DNA of 41,459 nucleotides from Candidatus Aminicenantes bacterium RBG_16_66_30 (GTDB taxonomy: Bacteria; Acidobacteriota; Aminicenantia; Aminicenantales; Saccharicenantaceae). The translations under genes and the position numbers were made by a program. The DNA lies in the NCBI GenBank assembly GCA_001775715.1, contig MEYC01000077.1:1-41459 (forward strand), given 5' to 3'. Shown in pieces: positions 23,264 to 31,382 of the stretch. The notes under the pieces are model-generated. The model was not told the origin of the DNA. It did not search any database and was given only the letters and a program-made list of their open reading frames with translations. Position 1 is the stretch's first letter; every line of letters begins with the position of its first letter.

Positions 23264-25828
23264 GTGTCGCACGGCCGGCTCGAGCGCTTCCTGATCAAGT
23301 TCGGTGACGTCCGCGGCCGCGAGGCCCGGGCGGCCCTGAGCTTTTCCGCCTACTTTTTCCTCGTGACCTTCACCTTCTACATCATCAAGCCGATCAAGGA
23401 GAGCTTCCTTATCGGCTTCGCCAGGCCCGGCTGGTGGCCGTACGCCGACCTGGCCACGGCCCTCCTCATCGGCTTCGTCGTCGCCCTGAACGCCCGGCTG
23501 CTCAACCGGATGCCGCGGCGGACCTACCTCACGGCATCGCTTCTCTTCTTCGTCGCCGGCCTGTTCGCCTTCTGGTACGTCTTCGACGTCTTTCAGACCC
23601 AGGCCATCACGACCCCCGTCATCGATCCCTCCGGCATCGTCTTCTTCCTCTGGACGCAGGTCTTCATCATCAAGTCCTGGCCCCTTGCGGTCTTCGCCTT
23701 CTCCTTTTGGACCGACGTCTTCATCGCCATGTCCGTCACCCAGTTCTGGATCGCCGTCAACGACGTTTTCGATCCCCACCAGGCCAAGCGGCTCGTCGGC
23801 CTGTTCGTGACGGGCGGGCTTTTCGGCGGCATCGCCGGCTCGGCCGTGGCCGCGCTCGCCACCTTCGCCCGGATCCTCCGGCCGGAAGATCTGCTCCTCG
23901 TCGCTCCCGTCCTCCTGGCCCTGGCCTTGATCTCGGTCAACGTCGTCTACGCCGGGCAGCGCCAGGTCGACGCCGCCGTCGGGGACGGGCGCATCTCCGC
24001 CCCGGCCCGGGTGGGCCTCTGGGAAAGCTTCCGGGCGGTCCGGTCGAGCCGCTATCTCGTCCTCCTCGCGGCGATGCTGACCTCGGCCGTGGTCGCCGGG
24101 TCCCTCATCGGCTACCAGTTCAGGACCGTCGTCCGGAACGCCATCCAGAACCCCGCACAGCAAACGTCTTTCATTGCCGCCCTGTTCATGGGCATCCTGA
24201 TCGTCTCCACCGTGTTCCACCTGATCACAACCCGCCGCGTCCTCCAGTCCTACGGCATCCGCTGGGCCATCGTCATCGCCCCGGCCTTCCTTATCGCCGG
24301 GTCCCTGGCCGTCCTCCTCATCCCCGCCGGCCTCATCCTCTTCTGGGCTTGCGCCATCCGGGGCGCCGACAAGACCTTCGACAATACCATCAGCCAGTCC
24401 GTCCGGGAGCTTCTCTACATCCCCGTCCCGGCCGACGTCAAGTACAAGGGCAAGATCTTCATCGACATGTTCGTCAGCAAGTTCGCCACGGGCCTCGGCG
24501 CCGCCCTGTTCCTGGCGTTATACGGGCTCAGGAACTTCGCCTACCGGGACGACCAGACCCTCGCCAGCGCCCTGGTGATCGCCCGGGAGACGGGCTACGT
24601 GGCCCTGTTCTTCATGGCCCTCTGGCTCGTCCTGACGAGGCTCGTCTACCGGGAGTACCCGGCCATCCTCAAGAAGGATATCCGGAGGAAATGGCAGGAA
24701 GGCCAAGAGGCCCTCGACGCGAACGTCGACATCGATCTGACCCTCAAGATCTTCAACACCATCCAGAGCCGCGAGAGGAGCACGACGCTCTATTACATGA
24801 ACATCTTCAATCTCGTCCGCCACCGGAACCTGGCCCCCGAGCTCAAGGAGCTCCTCGGCATCAAACGGGACGAGCTCAAGGCCCGGGCCATGGACGCCCT
24901 CTTCGACGTCGGCGGCGGAGGCTTCTTCCCGGGTCTCGAGGAGACCATCGCCGACGCCGAATTCCAGAACGAGATCGACCTCATCTTCCTCCTGCCGTCC
25001 TACCAGGAGATCATGGGCAAGAGGCTCGGCGAGATCGTCGGCTCCGCCTCCGAAGTGGACCGGATCGAGGCGGCCAACAGCATCAGCCGGATGGTCCCGA
25101 CCGAGCCCACTCTCGAGGCCCTCGGCCGGCTCCTCCAGGACCCCTCCTCGGAGGTCGTCCTCTACGCCCTCGGCAGCGCGTCCGTCCACCGGCGTCCGGA
25201 ACACGTCCCTCTGATCCTCCTCCTGCTGGCCAATCCGGTGGCCCGCGACGAGGCCCAGAGGACGCTGGCCGCCTACGGCCCCGGCGTCGAGGACCTCCTC
25301 GCCGCGGCCCTCCGGGAGGAGACCGAGCCGCTGGACGTCCGCCGGGCCGTCCCGGAAGTCCTGGCCCGGATCGGCACTCAGCGCGCCGCCGACATCCTCC
25401 TCGAGACACTCGCCCTCCGCCGGGACGACCTGGAGCCGGCCCTCGTCGACGCCCTCTACAAGATCCGGGCCGACCGCCCCGGGGTCCGCTTCCGGGAGAG
25501 GTCCGTCCGGCCCGAGCTCCTGTCCCTGGCCCGGAAGGCCTGCGACGCCGCCCTCAACCCGTCCGGCTCCGGCGACGAGGCCCGGGCGGCCTTGACCATC
25601 CGGATCAAGCGCGTCTTCGACCTGATGACGCTCCTGTACCCCCGCGAGGACGTCGTCAACGCCTATCAGAACCTCATCCAGGGGACGGCCCGCTCCGCCG
25701 ACTACTCCCTGGAGAGCCTCGACATCCTTCTCGACCGCGACCTCAAGGGGCTCCTCTGGCCGCTCATCGAGGACCTCCCCGCGGAGGAGAGGGACCTGCG
25801 CCTGAAACGGGCGATGAGGTTGAAATGA
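23264..25828 (+). CDS. TLC-family (ATP/ADP translocase / Npt-like) membrane transporter fused to a roughly 390-aa C-terminal HEAT-repeat domain
   Basis: GTG start at 23264 behind GGGAG. The N-terminal half has TLC-type signatures: FFLVTFTFYIIKPIKESFL (compare LNYSTLRSIKD of rickettsial Tlc) and FWIAVNDVFDPHQAKRLVGLFVTGGLFGG (compare FWQFANQITKIAEAKRFY). About 12 TM segments. From about 24650 onward there are repeated helical-hairpin units (LGRLLQDPSSEVVLYALGSA..., VRRAVPEVLARIGTQRAADILLETL...) typical of HEAT/PBS-lyase repeats. Confidence 0.8.
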   Translation: MSHGRLERFLIKFGDVRGREARAALSFSAYFFLVTFTFYIIKPIKESFLIGFARPGWWPYADLATALLIGFVVALNARLLNRMPRRTYLTASLLFFVAGLFAFWYVFDVFQTQAITTPVIDPSGIVFFLWTQVFIIKSWPLAVFAFSFWTDVFIAMSVTQFWIAVNDVFDPHQAKRLVGLFVTGGLFGGIAGSAVAALATFARILRPEDLLLVAPVLLALALISVNVVYAGQRQVDAAVGDGRISAPARVGLWESFRAVRSSRYLVLLAAMLTSAVVAGSLIGYQFRTVVRNAIQNPAQQTSFIAALFMGILIVSTVFHLITTRRVLQSYGIRWAIVIAPAFLIAGSLAVLLIPAGLILFWACAIRGADKTFDNTISQSVRELLYIPVPADVKYKGKIFIDMFVSKFATGLGAALFLALYGLRNFAYRDDQTLASALVIARETGYVALFFMALWLVLTRLVYREYPAILKKDIRRKWQEGQEALDANVDIDLTLKIFNTIQSRERSTTLYYMNIFNLVRHRNLAPELKELLGIKRDELKARAMDALFDVGGGGFFPGLEETIADAEFQNEIDLIFLLPSYQEIMGKRLGEIVGSASEVDRIEAANSISRMVPTEPTLEALGRLLQDPSSEVVLYALGSASVHRRPEHVPLILLLLANPVARDEAQRTLAAYGPGVEDLLAAALREETEPLDVRRAVPEVLARIGTQRAADILLETLALRRDDLEPALVDALYKIRADRPGVRFRERSVRPELLSLARKACDAALNPSGSGDEARAALTIRIKRVFDLMTLLYPREDVVNAYQNLIQGTARSADYSLESLDILLDRDLKGLLWPLIEDLPAEERDLRLKRAMRLK

Positions 25829-25863
25829 CCCCGGCGCGTCATCTAGTATAGAGTAGTATAGAG
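25820..25863 (+). promoter_or_regulatory. Candidate internal promoter (TTGAAA-18-TAGTAT) overlapping a perfect tandem 10-mer (TAGTATAGAG x2)
   Basis: TTGAAA at 25820-25825. TAGTATAGAG lies at 25844-25853 and again at 25854-25863. This AT-rich patch sits in the 48-nt spacer before the ATG at 25877. Confidence 0.35.
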
Positions 25864-25876
25864 AGAGGCGAGACCC

Positions 25877-27556
25877 ATGGCCCAACTCTACATCTATCCG
25901 AAGACGGGGGAGCCCTCGAGCTTCCCGCTGGGCGCGCGCCGCGTGACGATCGGGCGCGCCTCGACGAACGATATCGTCCTGTCCGATCAGTACAGCTCGG
26001 GCGTCCACGCCGTCCTCGCCCCGTCCGAGAAGGGCTATGTCCTCATCGACCAGGGCAGCAAGAACGGGACCTTCGTCAACGGGCGCCGCGTCAACGGCGA
26101 GCTCGACCTCACCCGGGGCGACGAGATCCTCATCGGCTCGACCCGCTTCTACTTCGACCGGGACGTCCAGCCGGCCGTCGAGACGGTCGAAGGGACGACC
26201 TTCACCCACAGCTCCAACACGATCATCCAGGTCAAGGACATCCTCCGGAAGCCGTCCGCCACGTCCGTCCCCTTGAAGACCCCCGGCGGAGGGCTCGACC
26301 TCCAGCGCTTCCAGCAGGACCAGAAGATGAGCGCCGTCATCGGCGAGGTCAGCCAGGCCCTGATCTACCACATGCCGCTCGACAAGCTCCTCGAGCATAT
26401 CATGGACGTCCTCATCCAGCACCTGCCCATGGACCGGGGCGTCCTCATGCTGAAGAACGAGGTCTCCCAGGCCCTCGAGCCCAAGGTCGTCCGGGTCCAG
26501 AACGGGGCCCTGCGCACGCAGAGCATCTTCGTCAGCCAGACCATCGTCAAGACGGCCCTGGAGCGCAACTCGGCCATCCTCATCTCGGACATCCAGGCCG
26601 ACGAGGGGCTGCGGGCCCAGGCGAGCGTCGTGCAGGCCCAGATCCACTCGGCCATGTGCGTGCCGCTCTGGAACAACCAGGACATCATCGGCCTGATCTA
26701 CTGCGACCGAGCCTCCCTGCTCGAGCAGTTCTCCGAGGACGACCTGCGGCTCCTGACGCTCCTGGCCAACCTGGCCGCCGTCAAGATCGAGAACGCCCGT
26801 CTCTACGAGGAATCCGTCAAGGCCATGCAGTACGAGCGGGAGATGTCGCTGGCCGTTCAGATCCAGAAGAACTTCCTGCCCCGCGACGAGCCCGACTTCG
26901 CCCCCTACGACATCAGCGGCAACGCCCGGGCCTGCCGCCACGTCGGCGGCGACTACTACGACTACATCCCCGTCGAGAAGGACCGCCTGGCCATCGTCAT
27001 CGCCGACGTGTCCGGCGTCGGCGTCAGCGCGTCCCTCCTCATGGCTTCCCTCCGGGGCGCGCTCCACGAACGGTTCCCGGCGGACTTCGGGCTGAGCGAC
27101 CTGACCTCGAAGCTCAACGACTTCGTCTACGCGAGCTCGGACAGCCACTGTTTCATCTCCTTCTTCCTGGCCGTCCTCGACCGCCGCGCGCACGAGCTCG
27201 CTTACGTCAACGCCGGGCACAATCCGCCCCTCGTCGTCGGGGCCGGAGGCGGGGTCCAGACGCTCGCGTCGACGGGGCTCTGCCTGGGGATGTTCCCCGC
27301 CCAGCCCTACGAGGAACGCCGGCTCACCCTCGCCCCGGGCGACATCCTCTGCCTGTACACGGACGGGATCGTCGAGAGCCGGAAGGGCGAGGCCGAGGAA
27401 TACGGGGACGCCCGGCTGGCCGAGCGGGTCCGGGAGCACAGCGGCCTCACGGCCATGGAGATCCGGGACAGGATCTTCGAGGACGTCTTCGCCTTCAGCG
27501 GCTGCACCGAAGCCGGGGACGACATGACGCTCGTCGTCGTCAAACGGGAGCGGTGA
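25877..27556 (+). CDS. FHA-GAF-PP2C (SpoIIE/RsbU-type) serine phosphatase
   Basis: FHA domain: RVTIGRASTNDIVL...SGVHAVL...LIDQGSKNGTFVNG. The central domain is GAF-like. PPM domain: GGDYYDY, IADVSGVGVSASLLMA, LYTDGIVE, GDDMTLVVVK. Confidence 0.9.
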   Translation: MAQLYIYPKTGEPSSFPLGARRVTIGRASTNDIVLSDQYSSGVHAVLAPSEKGYVLIDQGSKNGTFVNGRRVNGELDLTRGDEILIGSTRFYFDRDVQPAVETVEGTTFTHSSNTIIQVKDILRKPSATSVPLKTPGGGLDLQRFQQDQKMSAVIGEVSQALIYHMPLDKLLEHIMDVLIQHLPMDRGVLMLKNEVSQALEPKVVRVQNGALRTQSIFVSQTIVKTALERNSAILISDIQADEGLRAQASVVQAQIHSAMCVPLWNNQDIIGLIYCDRASLLEQFSEDDLRLLTLLANLAAVKIENARLYEESVKAMQYEREMSLAVQIQKNFLPRDEPDFAPYDISGNARACRHVGGDYYDYIPVEKDRLAIVIADVSGVGVSASLLMASLRGALHERFPADFGLSDLTSKLNDFVYASSDSHCFISFFLAVLDRRAHELAYVNAGHNPPLVVGAGGGVQTLASTGLCLGMFPAQPYEERRLTLAPGDILCLYTDGIVESRKGEAEEYGDARLAERVREHSGLTAMEIRDRIFEDVFAFSGCTEAGDDMTLVVVKRER

Positions 27557-27571
27557 GGGACGGGGCAGGCC

Positions 27572-27991
27572 ATGGCGCGAACGGACCTCCGCGAGATCGT
27601 CGTCCCGGCCGACCTCAAGGACGTCGACCGCGTCCGGGGGTTCCTGAACGACTACACCGCCGGCCTGGGGCTCGACGAGGAAGACCGGCTCAAGATCGAG
27701 CTCGCGCTCCACGAGATCTGCGTCAACATCGCCATGTACGCCTACCCCCAGGAGCCCCGCGGCCTCATGGCCATCCGCATCTGGCGCGAAGGCGGAGCGC
27801 TCGTCATCGAGGTCCGGGACAAAGGCGTTCCGTTCAATCCGGTCAAGAGGAAGAACCCCGACCTGATGCTCAAGCTGCGGCGCGGGCTGCCCGGAGGCCT
27901 GGGCGTGTATTTCTACCGGACCCTCATGGACGGCCTGTCCTACCGGCGGGCGCGGGGCGAGAACGTCCTGACTGTCCGCAAAGCCCTTTGA
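27572..27991 (+). CDS. RsbW/SpoIIAB-like anti-sigma-type serine protein kinase (HATPase_c_2)
   Basis: 139 aa. N-box HEICVNIAMYA, VRDKGVPFNP (D-box-like) and GLPGGLGVYF (G-box). Last gene of the STAS operon. Confidence 0.85.
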   Translation: MARTDLREIVVPADLKDVDRVRGFLNDYTAGLGLDEEDRLKIELALHEICVNIAMYAYPQEPRGLMAIRIWREGGALVIEVRDKGVPFNPVKRKNPDLMLKLRRGLPGGLGVYFYRTLMDGLSYRRARGENVLTVRKAL

Positions 27992-28067
27992 CCTGACCTA
28001 TTCATAAAAAACGCCCGGTTCTTCTCCATTGCGGTCTTAATAGGGCGTTTTTATGAATAAGTCAGGT
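27991..28067. terminator. Bidirectional intrinsic terminator / long AT-rich inverted repeat between the two convergent modules
   Basis: ACCTGACCTATTCATAAAAAACGCCC (27991-28016) pairs with GGGCGTTTTTATGAATAAGTCAGGT (28043-28067), with one mismatch and one indel. The inner CGCCC/GGGCG stem is flanked by an A-tract and a T-tract, so it reads as a terminator in both directions. It fills essentially the whole 79-nt spacer. Confidence 0.65.
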
Positions 28068-28070
28068 GGA

Positions 28071-28901
28071 TCAGTAGAGGACCTTAGCCTCCCCGTTGAC
28101 CTTGATGAGCCGGTCGATCTCCTGCAGGATGAGGTCGCGCCGGACGAGGACGGCCTCGATCTCCGCGTCCGTGAGATACTCCCCGACGACGGCCTTGATG
28201 CCCGCGAGATCGAGGCTCCGGACCTTGTCGACGATGGCCCGGGGCAGCTCGCTCATGAGCTTCGGGCCCTCGGGGTTCTTGGCCGAATAGAGCAGGGTCT
28301 TGACGAACCGGCCCGAGGTCCGGAACGAGCGGGAGTGGTCGATGAGGATCATCCGCCAGTCGGGCGCGATGAAGACGTTGTTCTTATGCCGGTCCTCGTT
28401 GGCGATGAGGTTGTCGAAGAACCGCTGGAGGTAGGTCGCCCGGTTCCAGGAGAAGTTCTTGGCCAACGGCATCTTGATCCTTTTTTCGTCGCGGTCCCGG
28501 AGCGACATGCTGTCATCGATCCAGTACTGGCAGGACCCCCGCTCGCCGCGGAACCGGCGCTCGACGGTCGGCGGGACCATACCCAGGCCGAGATGCTTGT
28601 CGAGCAGGTAGGCGGCGATCTCGTAGGTCCAGCCCTCCCAGTAGCCGCCCATGCGGCCCTGGGCGTTCTTCCAGAGGCCCCGGTGAGTGACCTCGCCCTT
28701 CTCGAGCGTCAGGATCCAGGGCTTGGTCACGGCCTCGGACCCCCCCATCTGCTCGCTCGAGACGACCTCCGCGGTCCTGAGGAAGTCCTCGCAGGTCTCG
28801 CGCTGTTTGAGCTCGTCAGCCGTGAATTGGAGGGCCAGGAGGGACCCCGCGGCCAGGGACAGAGCCGCGACCGATATCACCCATCCACGTCGTCTGTGCA
28901 T
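28071..28901 (-). CDS. Exported PI3/PI4-kinase-like (protein-kinase-fold) domain protein, paralogue K1
   Basis: Start MHRRRGWVISVAALSLAAGSLLA (signal or anchor) behind GGAGGA. Kinase-like landmarks: LWKN (candidate beta3 Lys), YEIAAYLLDKHLGLGMVPPTVER, QYW, NEDRHKNN (equivalent to DRHxxN of the PI3/4K catalytic loop) and LIDHSRSF (DFG-equivalent). The functional call is by motif only. Confidence 0.65.
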   Translation of the reverse strand: MHRRRGWVISVAALSLAAGSLLALQFTADELKQRETCEDFLRTAEVVSSEQMGGSEAVTKPWILTLEKGEVTHRGLWKNAQGRMGGYWEGWTYEIAAYLLDKHLGLGMVPPTVERRFRGERGSCQYWIDDSMSLRDRDEKRIKMPLAKNFSWNRATYLQRFFDNLIANEDRHKNNVFIAPDWRMILIDHSRSFRTSGRFVKTLLYSAKNPEGPKLMSELPRAIVDKVRSLDLAGIKAVVGEYLTDAEIEAVLVRRDLILQEIDRLIKVNGEAKVLY

Positions 28902-28958
28902 CCTATCCTCCGTCAGCCTCGGTAATCCCGCACGCACCGGGGGCGGCCCGGGCCGCCC

Positions 28959-29798
28959 TCAATAGATGACCGCGGCCTCTCCCAACTCTTTGATCATGCC
29001 GGCGATCTCCGCGAGCAGGAGGTCGCGGCGCGCGAGGACGGCCTTGATCTCCCGGTCCTTGAGCGTCTCCCCGACGGCGGCCTTGATATTCTCGAAGGTC
29101 AAGGTCCGGATCTTGTCGACGAACCAGCGGGGCAGGCGGCGGAAGAGCCACGGCGTGCCCTGCGAGGACACCTTGATCCCGTCGCGGCCGAACATGAGGC
29201 GCTTGATGAACTCCCCGGTCGACCGGAAGGCCCGGGAGTGGTCGAAGAGGACCATCCGCCAGTCCTCGGTGTAGAGGACGTTCTGCTGGGTCCGGTCCTC
29301 GTTGGCGATGAGGCTGTCCCAGGCCCGGGCGATATATTTCATCTTCTCGGTGTGGTCGAGAACCTCGTCGGGGATGCGGATCCCGTCCTCGGCGATCTTG
29401 AGCAGGCTGTATTTGCTCTCGGCCCAGAGGACGAGCGCGCCGGGGCTTCCGAGGAACTTACGCTCAACGGCCGGCGGGACCATGTTCAGGCCGATGAGCT
29501 TGTCGAGACGGTAGGCAGCGATCTCGTACTGCCAGCCCTCGAGATAGCCGCCCATCTGGCCGTGAGGGTTCTTCCAGGCGGCCTTCCCCTCGACGTCGCC
29601 CTTCTTGAGATAGAGCTTCCAGGGCTTGGTCACGCCCTCGCCGATGGGCTCGGACCGGACGATCTCGGCCGTGCGCAGGAACTCCTCCTGGGACTCTCGT
29701 TGGGCGATCTCCTCGGGCCGGAACTGGGCCGAGGCCGGCCGGGGCGCGGCTGCCAATGCGAACGCCAGGGCCACAGCGAGAATGGTGACGCGTTTCAT
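28959..29798 (-). CDS. Exported PI3/PI4-kinase-like domain protein, paralogue K2
   Basis: Start MKRVTILAVALAFALAAAPRPASAQ (classic signal peptide, AxA site) behind GGGAGGGAG. Collinear with K1: EEFLRTAEIV, AAWKN, YEIAAYRLDKLIGLNMVPPAVER, NEDRTQQN, LFDHSRAF. Confidence 0.65.
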   Translation of the reverse strand: MKRVTILAVALAFALAAAPRPASAQFRPEEIAQRESQEEFLRTAEIVRSEPIGEGVTKPWKLYLKKGDVEGKAAWKNPHGQMGGYLEGWQYEIAAYRLDKLIGLNMVPPAVERKFLGSPGALVLWAESKYSLLKIAEDGIRIPDEVLDHTEKMKYIARAWDSLIANEDRTQQNVLYTEDWRMVLFDHSRAFRSTGEFIKRLMFGRDGIKVSSQGTPWLFRRLPRWFVDKIRTLTFENIKAAVGETLKDREIKAVLARRDLLLAEIAGMIKELGEAAVIY

Positions 29799-29857
29799 GG
29801 GCTCCCTCCCGTCGACCGGGCCATCTGAAAAAATCATAGCCCCTTTGGGCCTTGATT

Positions 29858-31360
29858 TCAAGCCGCCGCCGCGGCCCCTTCAGCGGCCGCCTTGCGCCTC
29901 TTGTAGGCCTTGATGATCCGGAGGCAGATCACGAAGAGGACGGCGACAACGGCGACGTTGAGCAAGGCGTAGCGCTCGATCGGGAGGCCGAGGAGCGTGA
30001 CCCCGGCGAACACGGCCAGGGCGGAGAGCGTGTCCCCGCCCCGGACGAAGAAGGTGTCGATGGCCGCCTTGGCCTTGTATTTCTCCTCCCTCTTAGTGAC
30101 GAGGAAGAGGGCGGCCTTGGTCGTGTTCTGGAGGGAATAGTCCGTGCCGTTCTCGACGGCCTTGACCCAGCGGACGAGGAGGAAGACGGCCCCGAAGGAG
30201 ATCAGGGCGTAGCCGCCCAGGGCGATGATCGGCAGAAAGAGCAGGGCCCCGCCGACGCCGACCCACTTGAAAACTCGCGAGACGAGGAAGAGCTGGATGA
30301 CCAGGGCGATCAGGTTCGTCAGGAACTGGTAGTTCATGAAGGCGCTATGGATGGCCTTGCTCTCTGTCTTCGTCGCGACGGGGGGCGAGGCGGACGGCAG
30401 TCCCTCCGCAGCCGCCGCCCCGGCCTCCGCTCCCGGCCGGAGGGCCGGCGCGTCCGCGGGCGCCGGGGCGGCGGCCGCGATCGACCGCTTGACCGTGACG
30501 TCGGTCATGATGAACTCCCCGGTCGCGTTGACGAAGTTGTAGAGGCCGATCATGACGGCGATGAGGAGGAGATAGCGGCTCCCGAAGATGAGGCGGAATC
30601 CGCCGCCGGTCTTGAGGGGTTGCTCCTGGACCTGGGCCCTTTCTTCGGCCCCGGCCAGGCCCTTCTCCCGCTCGTCGCGGGTTTTGCGGACGTCCCGCCG
30701 GTGGATCAGCCTGGCCAGGACGATGCAAAGGAGGAGGATCACCCCGGCGATGAGCATGAGCTTGAATTCCCAGTTTCCGCCGAGGAGGTCCCTCAGCTTC
30801 TTCATGAACGGCAGGGTCGCGATGAGCCCGCCGAGCGTCGCGCCCAGGGCGACGAGGGGAAAGGTCCGCTTGCCGACTTCCTCCGAATAGAGGTCGTTGG
30901 CGAAGCCCCAGAACTGGGCGATGACGAAGTAGTTGAAGATGCCGACCCAGATGAAGAACATGATGCCCATGGGCTTGACGGCCATGCCGCCGGCGTGGAG
31001 GGCGTAAAAGAGGACGAGATTGGAGATGAAGAACGATGTCGTCCAGGTTATAAGGGCATGCCGGGGGACCTTGGAGGCCAGGCGGCTGAAGGCCTTGATG
31101 ACGAAAACGAACAGGACGGCTTGGGCCCCGCTCAGGTAGCTTTTGACGGGGGCGGAGTCCTTGTCCACGAGGAGGAGCGACTCGCGCAGGGGCTTGAGGA
31201 TGTAATAGGCGAGGAGCAGGAGGAAGATGTTGAGCGCCAGGAGGAGCGCCTTGGGGGCCTCGCCTTGCCGGACGTCGGCGAAGATCCTCAGCAACCTGTA
31301 GCCGACGCCGTAGCGGGCCGCGCCCGGGGGCGGTGAGGCCGCCGGCGGGGCATCGGGCAT
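29858..31360 (-). CDS. TLC-family (ATP/ADP translocase / Npt-like) nucleotide transporter homologue
   Basis: 500 aa and about 12 TM segments. LLLAYYILKPLRESLLL and AQFWGFANDLYSEEVGKRTFPLVALGATLGG match the two best-conserved TLC blocks. AAAGGAG Shine-Dalgarno sequence in the 22-nt gap after the upstream gene. Ala/Pro-rich insert at aa 294-333. Confidence 0.85.
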   Translation of the reverse strand: MPDAPPAASPPPGAARYGVGYRLLRIFADVRQGEAPKALLLALNIFLLLLAYYILKPLRESLLLVDKDSAPVKSYLSGAQAVLFVFVIKAFSRLASKVPRHALITWTTSFFISNLVLFYALHAGGMAVKPMGIMFFIWVGIFNYFVIAQFWGFANDLYSEEVGKRTFPLVALGATLGGLIATLPFMKKLRDLLGGNWEFKLMLIAGVILLLCIVLARLIHRRDVRKTRDEREKGLAGAEERAQVQEQPLKTGGGFRLIFGSRYLLLIAVMIGLYNFVNATGEFIMTDVTVKRSIAAAAPAPADAPALRPGAEAGAAAAEGLPSASPPVATKTESKAIHSAFMNYQFLTNLIALVIQLFLVSRVFKWVGVGGALLFLPIIALGGYALISFGAVFLLVRWVKAVENGTDYSLQNTTKAALFLVTKREEKYKAKAAIDTFFVRGGDTLSALAVFAGVTLLGLPIERYALLNVAVVAVLFVICLRIIKAYKRRKAAAEGAAAAA

Positions 31361-31382
31361 CGCTGGGCTCCTTTCCGCGTCG

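Noticed and set aside
24518-27712. 1064-aa ORF on the minus strand. Similar long antisense ORFs occur at 284-1567, 3957-5048, 5965-7023, 7600-8754, 10632-12188, 13955-15436, 15587-16606, 16233-17324, 17748-19496, 19634-20764, 29852-31336, 31671-33236, 32867-34786, 35584-36447, 36324-37430 and 37916-38842.
   Set aside because: All lie antisense to, or out of frame with, genes that have clear family signatures. Their translations are Arg/Gly/Pro/Asp/Glu-rich low-complexity strings with no motifs. In GC-rich DNA stop codons are rare, so such shadow ORFs are expected.
22887-27991. A sigma factor or anti-sigma target hidden in the partner-switching locus
   Set aside because: I checked all frames between and around the four genes. 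No ORF shows sigma70 region 2 or region 4 features. The only additional ORFs are GC-shadow artefacts.
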